Shown here one piece after another: positions 39,520-51,789 of a stretch of DNA of 64,000 nucleotides. The translations under genes were made by a program, and so were the position numbers. How positions within the stretch are numbered: the stretch's first letter is position 1; every line of letters starts with the position of its first letter. Below the pieces are notes generated by a model. That model made no database searches, had not been told where the DNA came from, and saw only the letters and a list, made by a program, of their open reading frames with translations. The stretch comes from Raja brachyura (Eukaryota), in assembly GCA_963514005.1 (NCBI GenBank), contig OY740795.1:50964001-51028000 (forward strand). The letters run 5' to 3'.

Positions 39520-41183
39520 GTCCAGAGTAGGATTTTGATAAGGTGCTGCATACGAGATAGCAGGACAAGATAGGTATTACAGCCAAGGTCCTAGCATGGA
39601 TAGAAGATTGGCTGACTAGCAGAAGGCAAAAAAAGTGAGAACAAAGAGAAGCTTTTCTGTTGGCCCCCCGTGACGTGATGTTCTGCAGGGGTCGGTGTTG
39701 GGTCCTCTACTTTTCACGTTATATGTTAATAATCAGGATAATGGAATTGATGGCTTTGTGGCCAAGTTTGCAGATCATACAGGTGGAGGAGATAATTGTG
39801 TTGAGGAAGCAGGGACTCTGCAGAAGGACTTGGACAGGTTAGGAGAGTGGGCATAGAAGTGGCAGATGGAATACAGTACAGCAAAGTGTATGGTCATGCA
39901 TTTTGGTAGAAAGAATAAAGGCGTAGTCTATTTTCTAAATGCGGAGAGGATTAAGAAATTGGAGGTGCAAAGGGACTTGGGAGCGCTGGTGCAGGATTCC
40001 CTAAAATTTGCAGGCTGAGTTCTTGGTAAAGAAGGCAAACGCAATGTTAGCATTCGTTTTGAGAGGAATAGGATAGAAAAATAAGAATGTAATGCTGAGG
40101 CTTTCTGAGGCACTGGCCAGACTGCACATGGAGTACAGTGAACAGTTTAGGACCCCATATCTGAGGAGGATATGCTGTTGTTGCAGAGGGTCCAGAGGAG
40201 GTTTACGTTAGGTTCTTGTTTGCAAGGAGAAGGCAGAAGAATGGGGTTGAGATGCAAAAATAGATAAGAAAGGATAGAACGGCAGAGCATTCTATCCTTT
40301 CTGGCATAATTCTGGTCCTCTGTCTCCATGATCATAAGGTCATAAGGTCATAAGTGATAGGAGCAGAATTAGGCCACTTGGCCCATCAAATGTGCTCCGC
40401 CATTCAATCATGGCTGATCTATCTCTCCCTCCTAACCCCATTCTCCTGCCCTCTCCACATAACCTCTGACACCCGCACTAATCAAGAATCGATCTCTCCG
40501 TCTTAAAAATATCCACTGACTCGGCCTCCACAGCCTCCTGTGGCAAAGAATTCCACAGATTTAACACTCTCTGACTAAATAAATTCCTCCTCATCCCCTT
40601 CCTAAATGAATGTAGTTTAATTCTGAGACAATGACCTCTAGTCCTAGACTCTCCCACTAGTGGAAACATCCTCTCCGCATCCGCTTAATTCATGCCTTTC
40701 ATTATTCTGTATATTTCAATGAGGTCCCCCTCATTCTTCTGTACTCCAGCGAGTACAGGCCCAGTGCCTTCAAACGATCATCATATGTTAACCTACTCAT
40801 TCCTGGGATCATTCTTGTAAACCACCTCCCCAGGGCCAGAACATCCTTCCTCCGATATGGTGCCAAAATTGCTCACAATATTTTAAATGCAGCCTGACCA
40901 GCACCTTATAGAGCCTCAGCATTACATCCCTGTTTTTGCATACAAGCCCTCTTGATATAAATGGTAGCATTGAGTTTGCTTTCTTTACTGCCGATTCGAC
41001 TTGCCGATTAACTTTTTGGGAATCCTGCACCAGCATTCCCAAGTCCCTTTGCACCTCCGATTTCTGGATTCTATCCCCATTTAGTCAATAGTCTACACCT
41101 TTACTGCTACTATCAAAATGCACGACTCCACACTTTGCTACACTATATTCCATCTGCCACTTCTCTGCCCACTCTCCCAACCT
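39520..41183. mobile_element. Cluster of older CR1 fragments (+ 39520-40210, - 40332-41183)
   Basis: Degenerate RT motifs (tggccaagtttgcagat; QRDLGMLVQDSQKV; MFPLVGESRTRGH). Confidence 0.8.
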
Positions 41184-41523
41184 GAACCCTTATTGTCTTA
41201 TGGTCATATGAAAAAGGAAACACAAAGAACAAACGCTTGATCTATTTTTAATTAATGGTAATTATTGACCAAGACACCAAGGACAACCCCCTCTTGCTGT
41301 TCTTCAAAATAATGCCTGGGATCTTTTATAAATACCTGTGGACAAACATGGGTAGATTGGACAGATAAGTATCTTCACCAGTTCGGATAAGTCACCAGAT
41401 AAGTATCTTCACCAGCACATGTTCGGAGGACTACAAGGATCTGATATGATTATATCAGAATGATATAAAGATGCACATAATGCTGCACCTTTATATCATT
41501 GTACAATTTCATTTTCCTTATTT

Positions 41524-41904
41524 TTTAATTTTTTTTTATTTATTAGAGGTAAATACACCAATGTACACATATATTCTGTTACAATCATTGTACCCCATAA
41601 TTTTATGGCTTTTAAAGAAAAAGAATAGAGAGAAAGAGAGTGAAATGTGAAAAGAGTTGTGATAGTGAAAGAGCGTGCCAAAGGGGAGAAGAAACCCTTG
41701 GTCAAAGAATTAGAAAAGGGGGTTAAAAGATAGACCCTAAAAAAAGAAAAAGAAAAAAAGACAGTTATTATGTTATATATATCACGCAAAAGGAATCCAC
41801 CAACGCGATAGTTTTCCATCGCCCCCCTACCAAGGCCCGAGGTACTCCTGCACCCTATCTTTGTAGTAATTCGATAATGCAGACCACGTCTGATAGAAGC
41901 GTTC
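41524..41904 (-). mobile_element. Polyadenylated 5'-truncated retroposed fragment (L1-clade-like 3'UTR)
   Basis: 15-bp TSD TCATTTTCCTTATTT at 41509-41523 and 41905-41919. The minus strand ends AATAAA plus an A-rich tail. Confidence 0.8.
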
Positions 41905-42380
41905 TCATTTTCCTTATTTATGGCAATGTGAAAAGCTGACACAAAGGTTGTAAGTATTCACACTTGATTTCAATGTCTAAGGTAAGAAATTAGATATTCA
42001 CCATATTCCACTGTAACCTAAATGTAACTGGAACATCCTACCAACTACTAGAGAGCTGTCCTGAGCTACTATCTACCTCGTTGAAGACTTTAGACTATCT
42101 TTGATCTACTGGGCTTTATCTTGCACTAAGCGTTATTCACATGATTCGCTTTATCATGTATCTATACACTGTGAATGGCTCGATTGTAATCATGTATTGT
42201 CTTTCCACAGACTGGTTAGCACGCAACAAAAGCTTTATACTGTACCTCGGTACAGGCGACTGTAAACTGAACTCAAACTCAAATAGAAACCCCAGAGAAA
42301 CAGTTTATATAATTGTTTAACATCAAAGTGGATGGTTATTCTCGCCACAGGTGAAAGTTGTCATTGAAACCTCCTTATAA

Positions 42381-43569
42381 AGGGCCTGTCCCACTTTCCC
42401 GAGTTATTCACGAATTCTCCCGAGTTTTCAAACTCGCAGATTGATTGATTAAGGTTTATTTAATAGGGACAGATACAAAAGCATAGATACACTTGAAACA
42501 GTCATCTGATGTATGCATCATCGTGTTTTTAGCCAAGGCTAATTTGCAACACTTGTCCCTAGTAGGGCTTTTGTCAGCAGCATACAATAATAAAGAACAC
42601 ACAAATACACAATAAAAATGTAACATAAGCATCCACCGCAGCATTCGTCACTGTGGTGGAAGGCACAACATTTGCCAGTCCTCCTCCACTTTCCCCGTGG
42701 TCGGGACCTGAACCCTCCGCAGCCGTCGCTGCAGGTGTCCAGACAAGGTAAAGTCCAGGGTCGGCTCTCCGCACCGGAGACCGCGGCTTCAGGCTGGTAT
42801 AGGCCGGCGGTTGAAGATTTAAAGTTCCCGCCGCTGCCAGAAGCACCGCAGACAGCAGGGCCGGCGGTCGAAGCTCCCCTCCGGGGGTGATGGTAAGTCC
42901 ATGCCGGACCCGCGGTAGAAGTAGGCCGCGGGCCGGCGGTGGTGGCTCCTTCTTCCCCCAGGTCCCCCACGAGGAATCCCGGGCTGCGGACGCCGCTCCC
43001 CGCTGGAGCTCTGCAGACCGCGGCTTCAGGCTGCCGACTGCCGTGGGCCAGCGAAATGAAGGGCTCCCCTCCGGCGAGCTCCCCGCCGAGTGTCCACGCT
43101 GCGCCCGCCGCTGAAGTCCCGGGCGCATCTCCGGGAAAGGCCGCGCCGATCCTTGTTGTTAGGCCACGGGGGAGGCGTGGAAGAGGCAGCCAAAACGGGT
43201 TCCCCCTTACCCCCCCCACACCAACCCCCACACAAGACACACCAAGAAACATTTAAACGGTGCACTGAAACATACTAAAAACAAAAAAAAGTGTAAAAAA
43301 GACAGACAGCTGCTAACAGGGCTGCCGGCTTGCAGCGCCCCCACCGACCCAGTAGGTACTCGGGGCATCAGGCAAGTCGGGACGTTTTTCAGCATGTTGA
43401 AAAATGTCCACGAGTAAAAAAATAGTCCCGAGTACCTTTGGCTGGCATAACGGGCCACTACGATATACCCACGAACTCCTACGGCCTCCTACGGACTCGT
43501 TACGAACATTCTGCGAGTTTGAAAACTCGGGCGAATTAGTGAACAACTCGGGAAAGTGGGACAGACCCT
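42381..43569. mobile_element. PIF/Harbinger-type MITE family D, interrupted by a GC-rich retroelement
   Basis: TIRs agggcctgtcccactttcccgagtt / aactcgggaaagtgggacagaccct with a perfect TAA TSD (42378-42380 and 43570-43572). Confidence 0.88.
42439..43345 (-). mobile_element. GC-rich non-autonomous retroelement (copy C, apparently full length) with a (CAAT)n tail
   Basis: Head ggcgctgcaagccggcagcc, T-tract, G-tract, CpG-rich body, core cccgaccacggg...gaggaggactg...gcggtggatgcttatgtt, tail ...taaataaaccttaatcaatcaatc. Confidence 0.75.
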
Positions 43570-44505
43570 TAAGTCTCCTTCCAAACTTCATTCTAACCAA
43601 ATAAATGTAGCCTTTCTCTCTCATCGGTTTGTCCAGTTTCCTCTTCAAACATCTGTGTGCTTCCTGCCTCAACTATTTCCTTTGGTGATGAGTTCCACAT
43701 TTTAACCACACTATTGCCACAATAGTTTCTGCTGAACTCTTGGCCACTTTGACGTTCCATTTTAGAGCACGGCATAAGGGAACCCGAGAGCAAAATGGAT
43801 CAGGCTTGGCATGGCCATTTAATAGTTGAACTTTCTTCCGACTCTTTACCGAATGCATTGCGAATCCAACCCACACCTTGCAAATGCGTTGAAGGTTCCA
43901 GGACCAAGGAATCACTTTCAGTTGCAGGAAATGATAACTGTATCAGTAGCTGCGGATTCCAACGACTGGTTTTCTTCTGCACTTTTCTTTTAGTTCCTTC
44001 CTTTTAAAACGCAAGGAATGGGGAAGGAAGTGGTTCACAGGATGGGCCCCCGTGAAGTGAGTAGGGAGGGGTGGAGGTTTACATAAGTGGGCCATTGTAC
44101 AGTTATGTGCAAGGTGCGATTTATAATTGTAAACAGTCTTAATCAATCTTTTGGTCAAAGCGAAGAATAGCAAAATACAGCCAAATAGCAAAACAAATTT
44201 GATGTGTAGGAAATGAACTGTAAATGCTGGTTTACACCAAAGACAGACACAAAATGCTGGAGTAACTTAACAGAACAGGCAGAATCTCTGGTGAGAAGGA
44301 ATGGGTGACATTTCGAGTCAAGACTATTCCTCCCGTCTGAAGAAAGGTCTCGACCCGAAATCTCACCCATTCCTTCTCCCCAGAGATGCCCTGTCCCCTG
44401 TCCCGCTGAGTTACTCCAGCATTTGGTCTATCTTCAAAATAAATTTGATAATCTATTTTATTTGGTGCATTCTGGAACATTACAGCCACATTTAATGAAG
44501 CCTAT

Positions 44506-45060
44506 CTTCTTCTTCTTGCGTATGGCGTGCACAGCCTAAAGTTGTAAATCAAGTGTAGACATCCAGGCCAGGACAGCATCAGTTACTGGGTGGATGGCTT
44601 TGATGCCACCAGGGAAAAGCCTCAGTGAGCAGTCATTCACGATGTGTGGGATGGTCTTGCCTGGATGTCCACAGTCACAAGCAGGGCCGTCTGTCACTGA
44701 TGCAGGCGATGGGCTGTTCTTGCATGGAGGGTGCGGATTCTGTTCAGGGTCAGCTATTGCTTGTGATGGAGGTCAAATCCCAGTGGTTTCACTGTGGGGT
44801 CTGTGATGACCTCTCCGTTGTTGGTGTTGGCATCTTTCCACGCTCTGCGCCACTCAGTCTTGGAGTCAAAGTCTTCCAGGAATTTGCTTGAAGACCAGAA
44901 GGGTTTGCAGGACTTCAGGCGTATGTTGGGCAGATAGTTCAAGTCAGCATGGATGGGAAGGTCAGGGTTAGCCTCGATGGTGCACCATCTCGGTTAAACA
45001 TCTTCTTCCTTCTGCGTATGCTGGGAGGGGCGATATGAGAGAGGACAGGGAGCCACTGCA
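44506..45060 (-). mobile_element. 3' fragment of an Ingi/Vingi-like (or RTE-X-like) LINE
   Basis: Minus strand RLKSCKPFWSS...PLGFDL, then a CCHC-type CDCGHPGKTIPHIVNDC; ends ...catacgc(AAG)n. Clade assignment is from memory. Confidence 0.65.
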
Positions 45061-47360
45061 AAGGTGTTGGCTTACGATTGATTGAAATTAATCATGGAAA
45101 ACCATGTCCCAAGGCTTTACTATGAAGGGATTTCCAAGTTGGGAAACGGGTCAGGAATTTGCATCTTATTTTGGAAGTTTTTCATCCCAAAACCAGGATG
45201 TCGGAGTGCCTGGAGTCTTCTGTTGAGGAGGGAAGATTACCCTAGAAGAGGCTGCAGCTGAGAATCTGAGGGACACCGTGTACTTTGCAAGAGGATTGTA
45301 GTGGAGACACAGTGAAGTTTGTCAGGACAAAGGGCGATTGCAGATGGACAGAGGTTAATGGCAAATGAGCCCTTATTGGTGAATGAGCGAAGAGTCCAGG
45401 AAGTGTATTTGGGATGGTGTTTAAAGGGCAATGGCATTTCAGTGATCACAGGGTTCAATGATGACAGCTGAGCAGTGAGGGAGGGGTCTGTGATCACAAA
45501 GGAAATTGTTTACAGGGCAGTGTCAGTGACCCAGTGATCACGGAGGGTGTCAGAGAACGGAGACATGTCCGCGATATCAGGGTTGAGAACTCTGAGGAAT
45601 GTCAGCGATGATTGCAGTGGGGGTACAACTGAATTAATGATACCTGTCATCATAAAGGAACAGTGATCATAGGGATGGGGTCAATAATTACAAGAGGGCT
45701 TTGATTCCGGGGCCTGGGTTTGTCTGTCACACACTCCATCTACTGTCCCATGGATACCTTTTCCATCAATCAGTCCTTTAGCTCTCAGTTGCACTACTGG
45801 AAAATGAGAAACACCATGTAGCCTTAATAAAACATTTTAATAAACAACCATCTTCCAGCGTGCCTATTAATTGTCCAAGTCCTGGCCCACATCCCTTAAT
45901 TAACCAGGATCAAGAGTTTGTTTCCTCTGCAACCTAAAAGCAATACCAACGGTTTCTGGAGTAACACTGTGTGGAAACAGGCCCTTTAGCCTAACTTGCC
46001 CACAACATGTCCCACCTACACTAGTCCCACCCGCCTGCGCTTGGCCCAAATCCCACCAAATCTGCCCTATCCATGTACCTGTCCATCCGTTTCACAAACA
46101 TTGGGATAGTCCCAGCCTCAACTACCTCCTCTGGCAGTTTGTTTCCCCCTCCATAGATGCTGCTTGACCCAAGTATTCCCAGTGTTTTCTGTCTTTATTT
46201 TATGTTATGCTGCTTGAAGAATATTTTGTAAAGATGAACACTAATTTATAAATTACATTTATCCTATGCAGTTCTTGTTTAGTTTTCTATACCTGGGATT
46301 TGGGGGCATCCATGTAAATAATTCCACTTCAAAGCAGCTGGCCTCCAGTTAAGCAAAGACAGCTGATTTTTGATTCAATATATACTGCATGTTTTTAACT
46401 GGAGAACATTATAGCAAACCCCTTTGGCTCTTGCAAATGGCGCTAAGGTATATTGAAATGTAATTTGCTTGATGATTACTCAGAATAAAGGGAGAACCAC
46501 AGAGAAAGTAGTATGATATCATCACCATGTCTGATCTTGACACACAATGAGTGTTAAAAAAATTGCACCTTGCACTTGGTAAGGTAATATATTCACGACA
46601 TTAATTGCTTACGCTGCTGATGGTTAATTCAATTATATATACAGAACATTTTCAAAAAATACAATGACAGAAAGTTTTGCATTGAATGTAAAATAAGGCA
46701 CGGCTTCCTGCATTTTGATGATCATTAATCGGGAGATCATTAATTTGAAGGTTACTAATGTGATGTATTGACTCTTTGGAAGTTGTATGTATTGACTCTT
46801 GAGATCTAACTATTCCTTTGGTTTATGTTTCATTCGCAAGAAGATTGACTGTTTCTTATGCTGCCTGATCTGTTGTGCATATCCAGATCTTTTTGTCAAC
46901 TTTATTTCAGATTTCCGTCATCTGCAGTATTGTTGTTTTTGGAAGTGGAATACTTTTTACAGTCCATGTGATCCAACTATTCCATAGCTGCATGTTGCTC
47001 CAACATGACAATCATTCAAGGGTTGTCTGAAGAAGGGTCTCGACCTGAAACATCACCTACTCCTTTTCTCTAGACATGCTGTCTGACCTGCTGAGTTACT
47101 CCAGCTTTTTGTGTCTTTCTTCAGTTTAAACTAGCATCTGCTGTTCCTTCCTGCACATAACTCCAAAGAGTTATATCACATCCCAGCTCAATAAATCTTC
47201 ATTAGTGTCACTAATAATGACAGCATTATTCTTCCTTTCCCAGTATTCAAGAGGGAGTTAGATTTAGCTCTTAGGGTTAACGGAATCAAGGGATATGGGG
47301 AGAAAGCAGTAACAGGGTACTGATTTTGGCTGATCAGCCATGACCATATTGAATGCTCGA

Positions 47361-48145
47361 AAGTTCAAATTACATTTATTGTCACATGCACCAGATTTGA
47401 GTTACCATACAGCTATACGAATAAAAAGAACACAACACACGATAGAATTTAACATGAACATCCACCACGCAGCGGAATCAACGTTTCCCACTGTGAGGGA
47501 AGGCGATAAAGTTCAGTCATCCTCCTCATTGTTCACCCGTGGTCGGGCCCTCTCACCGGGATGATCGGAACTCCGACGTCGGAATGGATGAACGCTCTCC
47601 AGTATAGAGTTTCCGAATCGGCCACTTCTTACCGGAGACCGCGGCTTCCAAAATCCACAGGCCAAGCTGGGCGGAGATACAAGACTGGCGACCCCCGGCA
47701 AAAGGCCCCAGGACTCTACGATGTTCGAGCCAGCACCGCCTGTGGTTAGAAGCTCCACAAACCACAGCTTCACGATGTTAAAGCAGCAGGCCCAACAGTC
47801 CGGAGCCTCGACACGGCGATCCCCGGTAAGGCATCGTCCCGCTCCGCGATGGAATTCAGTGCTGCGCCGCTGCTGAAGCTCTGGCTGGTCTGCGGCAGGA
47901 ATGGCCCCGCCAATCCAGATGGTAGGCCGCGAGGGGGGGGGGAGGGGGAAAGATGCGACTCGGAAAAAAGACGCATCATCGACCAGGAAGAGACTGAAAA
48001 CGGTTACCCCCTCCCCCCCCCCCCCCCCAACTCCCCCACATACAAAGACTAAGAAACCTCCAAAAACATACTTTTAAACAGACTCTAAATAACAAAAAGG
48101 GTGAAATGACAAACAGAATGCTGCCAAGGCTGCCGTGCACGACAC
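47361..48145 (-). mobile_element. GC-rich non-autonomous retroelement (copy B, apparently full length) inserted in a CR1 3' end
   Basis: Head gtcgtgcacggcagccttggcagc, T-tract, G-tract, body and core homologous to copies A and C; tail ggtgcatgtgacaataaatgtaatttgaac. Confidence 0.78.
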
Positions 48146-48457
48146 CACTCAATGACAACAGGCTGAATGGCCTACTCCTGCACCTAATTTCTAGGTTTCT
48201 GTGTTTCTATGGGCAGCCTGGGATACAGAGTAATCATCTTGGGGAGAATCAGTGCAATTCGTGCGAGACAAAAATGGGGGGTCTCAGCATTTAAGAAATT
48301 GGTGTGTGTGGGAGAAGGGTGGGGGTGGGGGGGTGGGGGTGGGGTGTTCAGAAGAACAATTTTGCAGGACTGCAATAGGTCTTGGAGACAGTGAGAATTA
48401 AATTATTTAGCCTTCAAAAACATATGGCAGGGAGAAATGACAGAGGTCAATGTTATT

Positions 48458-48765
48458 GCCCTGTCCCACTGTACGAGTTCATCCAAGAGTTCTCCTGAGT
48501 TTGCCCTGATTTGAACTGGGAGATTTACGGTAATGGCCGCTCATAGGTCCTCGGGGCTCTCGTGGACATTTTTCAACACGTTGAAAAATCTTCACGAATC
48601 TTCTAGAGCTTACCTCTACCTTTCCCGAGTATCTGCCATTAGCGTTACGGGCCGCTAAGAGTCGTCCCGAGCTCCGACGTACCCACTACGTACATTCTAC
48701 GTGCTTCCACGCATTTGACTTTTTTTAAAACTCGGGAGAGCTCTTGAATGAGCTCGTACAGTGGG
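48458..48765. mobile_element. PIF/Harbinger-type MITE family B, copy 2 (ends eroded)
   Basis: Collinear with 19650-19965. Confidence 0.85.
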
Positions 48766-50149
48766 CCATTAGTATACTGAGCAACAAAGATTTAACAATC
48801 TCACACGGTGCAGTCAGGGCCAATTACTCATTCGAGCGATACAGTGTGGAAACAGGCCCTCCGACCCAACTTGCCCACACGGGCTAGCATGTGCCAGCTA
48901 CACTAGTCCCACCTGCCAGCATTTGGTCCATATCCCTCCAAACATGTCTTGTCCATGTACCTGTCTAACTATATCTTAAATGTTGGATAGTCCCTGCCTC
49001 AATTACCTCCTCTGGCAGCTTGTTCCATATACCCACCACCCTTTGTGTGAAAATGTTACCCCTCAGATTCCTATAAAAAATCTTTTCCCCTTGCATCCAC
49101 AAACTGCACCACTGTCCTCTCTCAGTGTTTAATTCACTCAGCGCAACCACATTAATCAATGAAGATTCGCATCTACTAATCTTGCTTTCAACTTAGCATC
49201 AAGCTGCATGCATTCATCAATATTGGAGCCTTGCGCTCACATCTCAACACCAGAGACAACAAGAACCATTGCAGGGAAAGATGCAACGTTTTTGTTTCAA
49301 TTGCCACGGAGGGCACCGTCCAGATCATTGCTGAAATGCCCATTGCTCAGTCACTGGCAGGGTTGAAGACATCGATGACGAGTCTCTCAGCGTGCTTCAA
49401 TCTTCCTCTTTCATACAACTTGCTTCAAGCTTTAGGCCACCTAAAAAAAACCTCAGCAGCAGCCTGAACGCTCACTGAATATAACAGAACATTTTCACAG
49501 ATGGAATAGTACTCAAAATGTGTAGAATCACAGCAGGGACCAGAAGAATCAACCAGTCAATGAATAATTGATGATGTCTCCAGACAGTACTGGTAGGGGT
49601 TCTTTATGCCTTTGAAAGAACGTTCAACTCTGTGAGATTAAAAGACCAGGAAGCTCCAAATGATATCAAGCTTGCATCTAATCAGCTCCAAGGGCTGATT
49701 AATGTCATAATCGGACGTCCCTACATTTCACAGACCTCTTAACAAACATGGCCTTCACCACTCTTTCAATTAAATATTGGTTGTATTCACGGATTGTCTT
49801 TTCTTTTGACTGGATAGCATGCAAACACAAGCTTTTCATTGTATTTTGGTGCAAGTGACAATAATAAACTAAACCAAAAAAACTAAACTGGTAGAATATT
49901 TTATTTTTGGACACAAGTGTCCACCTTTAGTCAGAGGGTGGTGAATCTGTGGAATCTATTGCCACAGTGGGCTGTGGAGGCCAAGTCAATGGGTATTTTT
50001 AAGGCAGAGATAGATAGATTCTTGATTTGTGCAGGTGTTATGGGGAGAAGGCAGGAGAATGGGGTTCGGAGAGATAGAACAGCCATGATTGAATGGCAAA
50101 GTAGACTTGATGGTCTGAATGTCCTAATAATGCTCCTATCACTTATGAA

Positions 50150-51360
50150 GTTATGAACTCTCATAGCAAGGACATCCAAAACAGATGCTCTGGACCAGAG
50201 ATGGTGGAAGCAGAGATGGACACCAACATGAACTCTTGCCTCAACCTGGCATAACACTCGACCAGTATTATCGCAGCAGAGGATCTCTCCTTGGTGAATG
50301 AGGAGTGTTGAAGTGCATAAGGGAACAGTGCCAAACACATGTAGACACAGTACACTGGAATATGAGGTACCAACCTGGTGCAATTCCAATGCACGATAAC
50401 ACAATTGCTAAAAATCAAAGCAGGATGTAACAGACAGACCTAAGAGGTATCACAATCAATGGATGTCTGCATTCCTGCCACATCAAGTGTGAAAGGTAGC
50501 AGCAATTAATACGCTAACAGGAGGGGTGGCTCCCTGAATATCCCCATCATTGGCAATACTGAATCTCAGCATGTGAGTGCTGGAGGCAAAGCTGAAGCCT
50601 TCAGTCTGATGTGTCGAAATGTTGATCCATCTCAGCTTCCTTCTGAGATCCCCACAGTTGCTGAAGCTTATTTCTGCACTGCAGAACCAGTTGGGCGCAA
50701 GCCTGGTCCTTATTGACCGTCTTTGGAGTGTGGAAGGAAACCGAAGATCTCGGAGAAAACCCACGCTGTCACGGGGAGAATGTACAAACTCCGTACAGAC
50801 TGCACCCGGAGTCGAGATCAAACCCGGGTCTCCGGCACTGCAAGCGCTGTAAGGCAGCAACTCTACCGCTGTGCCACCGTGCCGCTCATGTGGCAGGTAA
50901 CATCAGTACCACAAGGGTAACTGAGAATGACAAGATCTGAGCAGAGAGAGTCTAATCATCATTGCTCGATGATGATTAATTGCTCATTAATTGCATCATT
51001 GCTCGACATTGCTTAATATTACTATCACCGAATACCGCACCACTAACATCCTGGTGCTCGCCTCAAACAGAAACTCAACTGGACCAGCCACAAACACAAG
51101 TCAAAGGCGGGGTAATCTGGAGCAAAAGACTCACCACTCCTCACCCTTAAGCCTTTCCACCATGACTTCAACTCCAGCAATGCTCATGAGGATCAACACT
51201 CGTTTTTGCTCAGGGTTCCAGAATCTGCTGTCTGTCGTGTCACAATTCAGGACAAAGCAGTCTGCTCTGACCAAGAATACAATCGACAACATTCCAACCC
51301 ATCCCTCTGGCACATCGTGCCAAGAGTTTGTATCGCCCACAAAATGCACCAGTCACTAAA
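50150..51360 (+). mobile_element. Old, highly degenerate CR1/L2-group LINE remnants interrupted by a SINE
   Basis: Residual motifs NITITEYRTTNIL, (Q)KLNWTSH, LSTM, QDKA and aatatccccatc...gcaaagctgaagccttc. Confidence 0.5.
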
Positions 51361-51789
51361 ATAGGCCATTCTTGGTTTAGTTTTTTGACATGCGTTCTGA
51401 GATACCGTGAATAAGTATCTCATGTGCGCTATCCAGTCGCATCATAGCATGCATGAGTACAATCAGCCATACACAAGTACAACCGTGCAATGAGACAAAT
51501 ACCAGAGAGTAAAATGTAGCGTTATAGTGTTATAGCTTTAAGAGAAAGTGCAATTTAAATATGCGGAAAGATGGGAGTTCAGTACAACGGCCCTTGATTA
51601 TGTGAGATCGGTTCAGTGGCTTGATGGCAGTGGGAAGAAGCTGTTCCCGAACCTAGTAATAGACACAAAATGCTGGAGTAATTCAGCGGGACAGGAAGCA
51701 TCTCCAGAGAGAAGGAATGCGTTACATTTCCGGTTGAGACCCTTCTTCAGACTCTCTCATGTGTGAACCAGCGTCTGCAGGAAAAAAAA

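Noticed and set aside
41459-41500. Short inverted repeat aatgatataaag...ctttatatcatt
   Set aside because: AT-rich and too short for a pre-miRNA, with no other support.
42539-43278. Overlapping long ORFs (up to 237 aa) in GC-rich DNA, and similar ones at 11803-12455 and 53799-54452
   Set aside because: They are open on several frames and both strands because high GC depletes stop codons, and they lie inside non-coding repeats.
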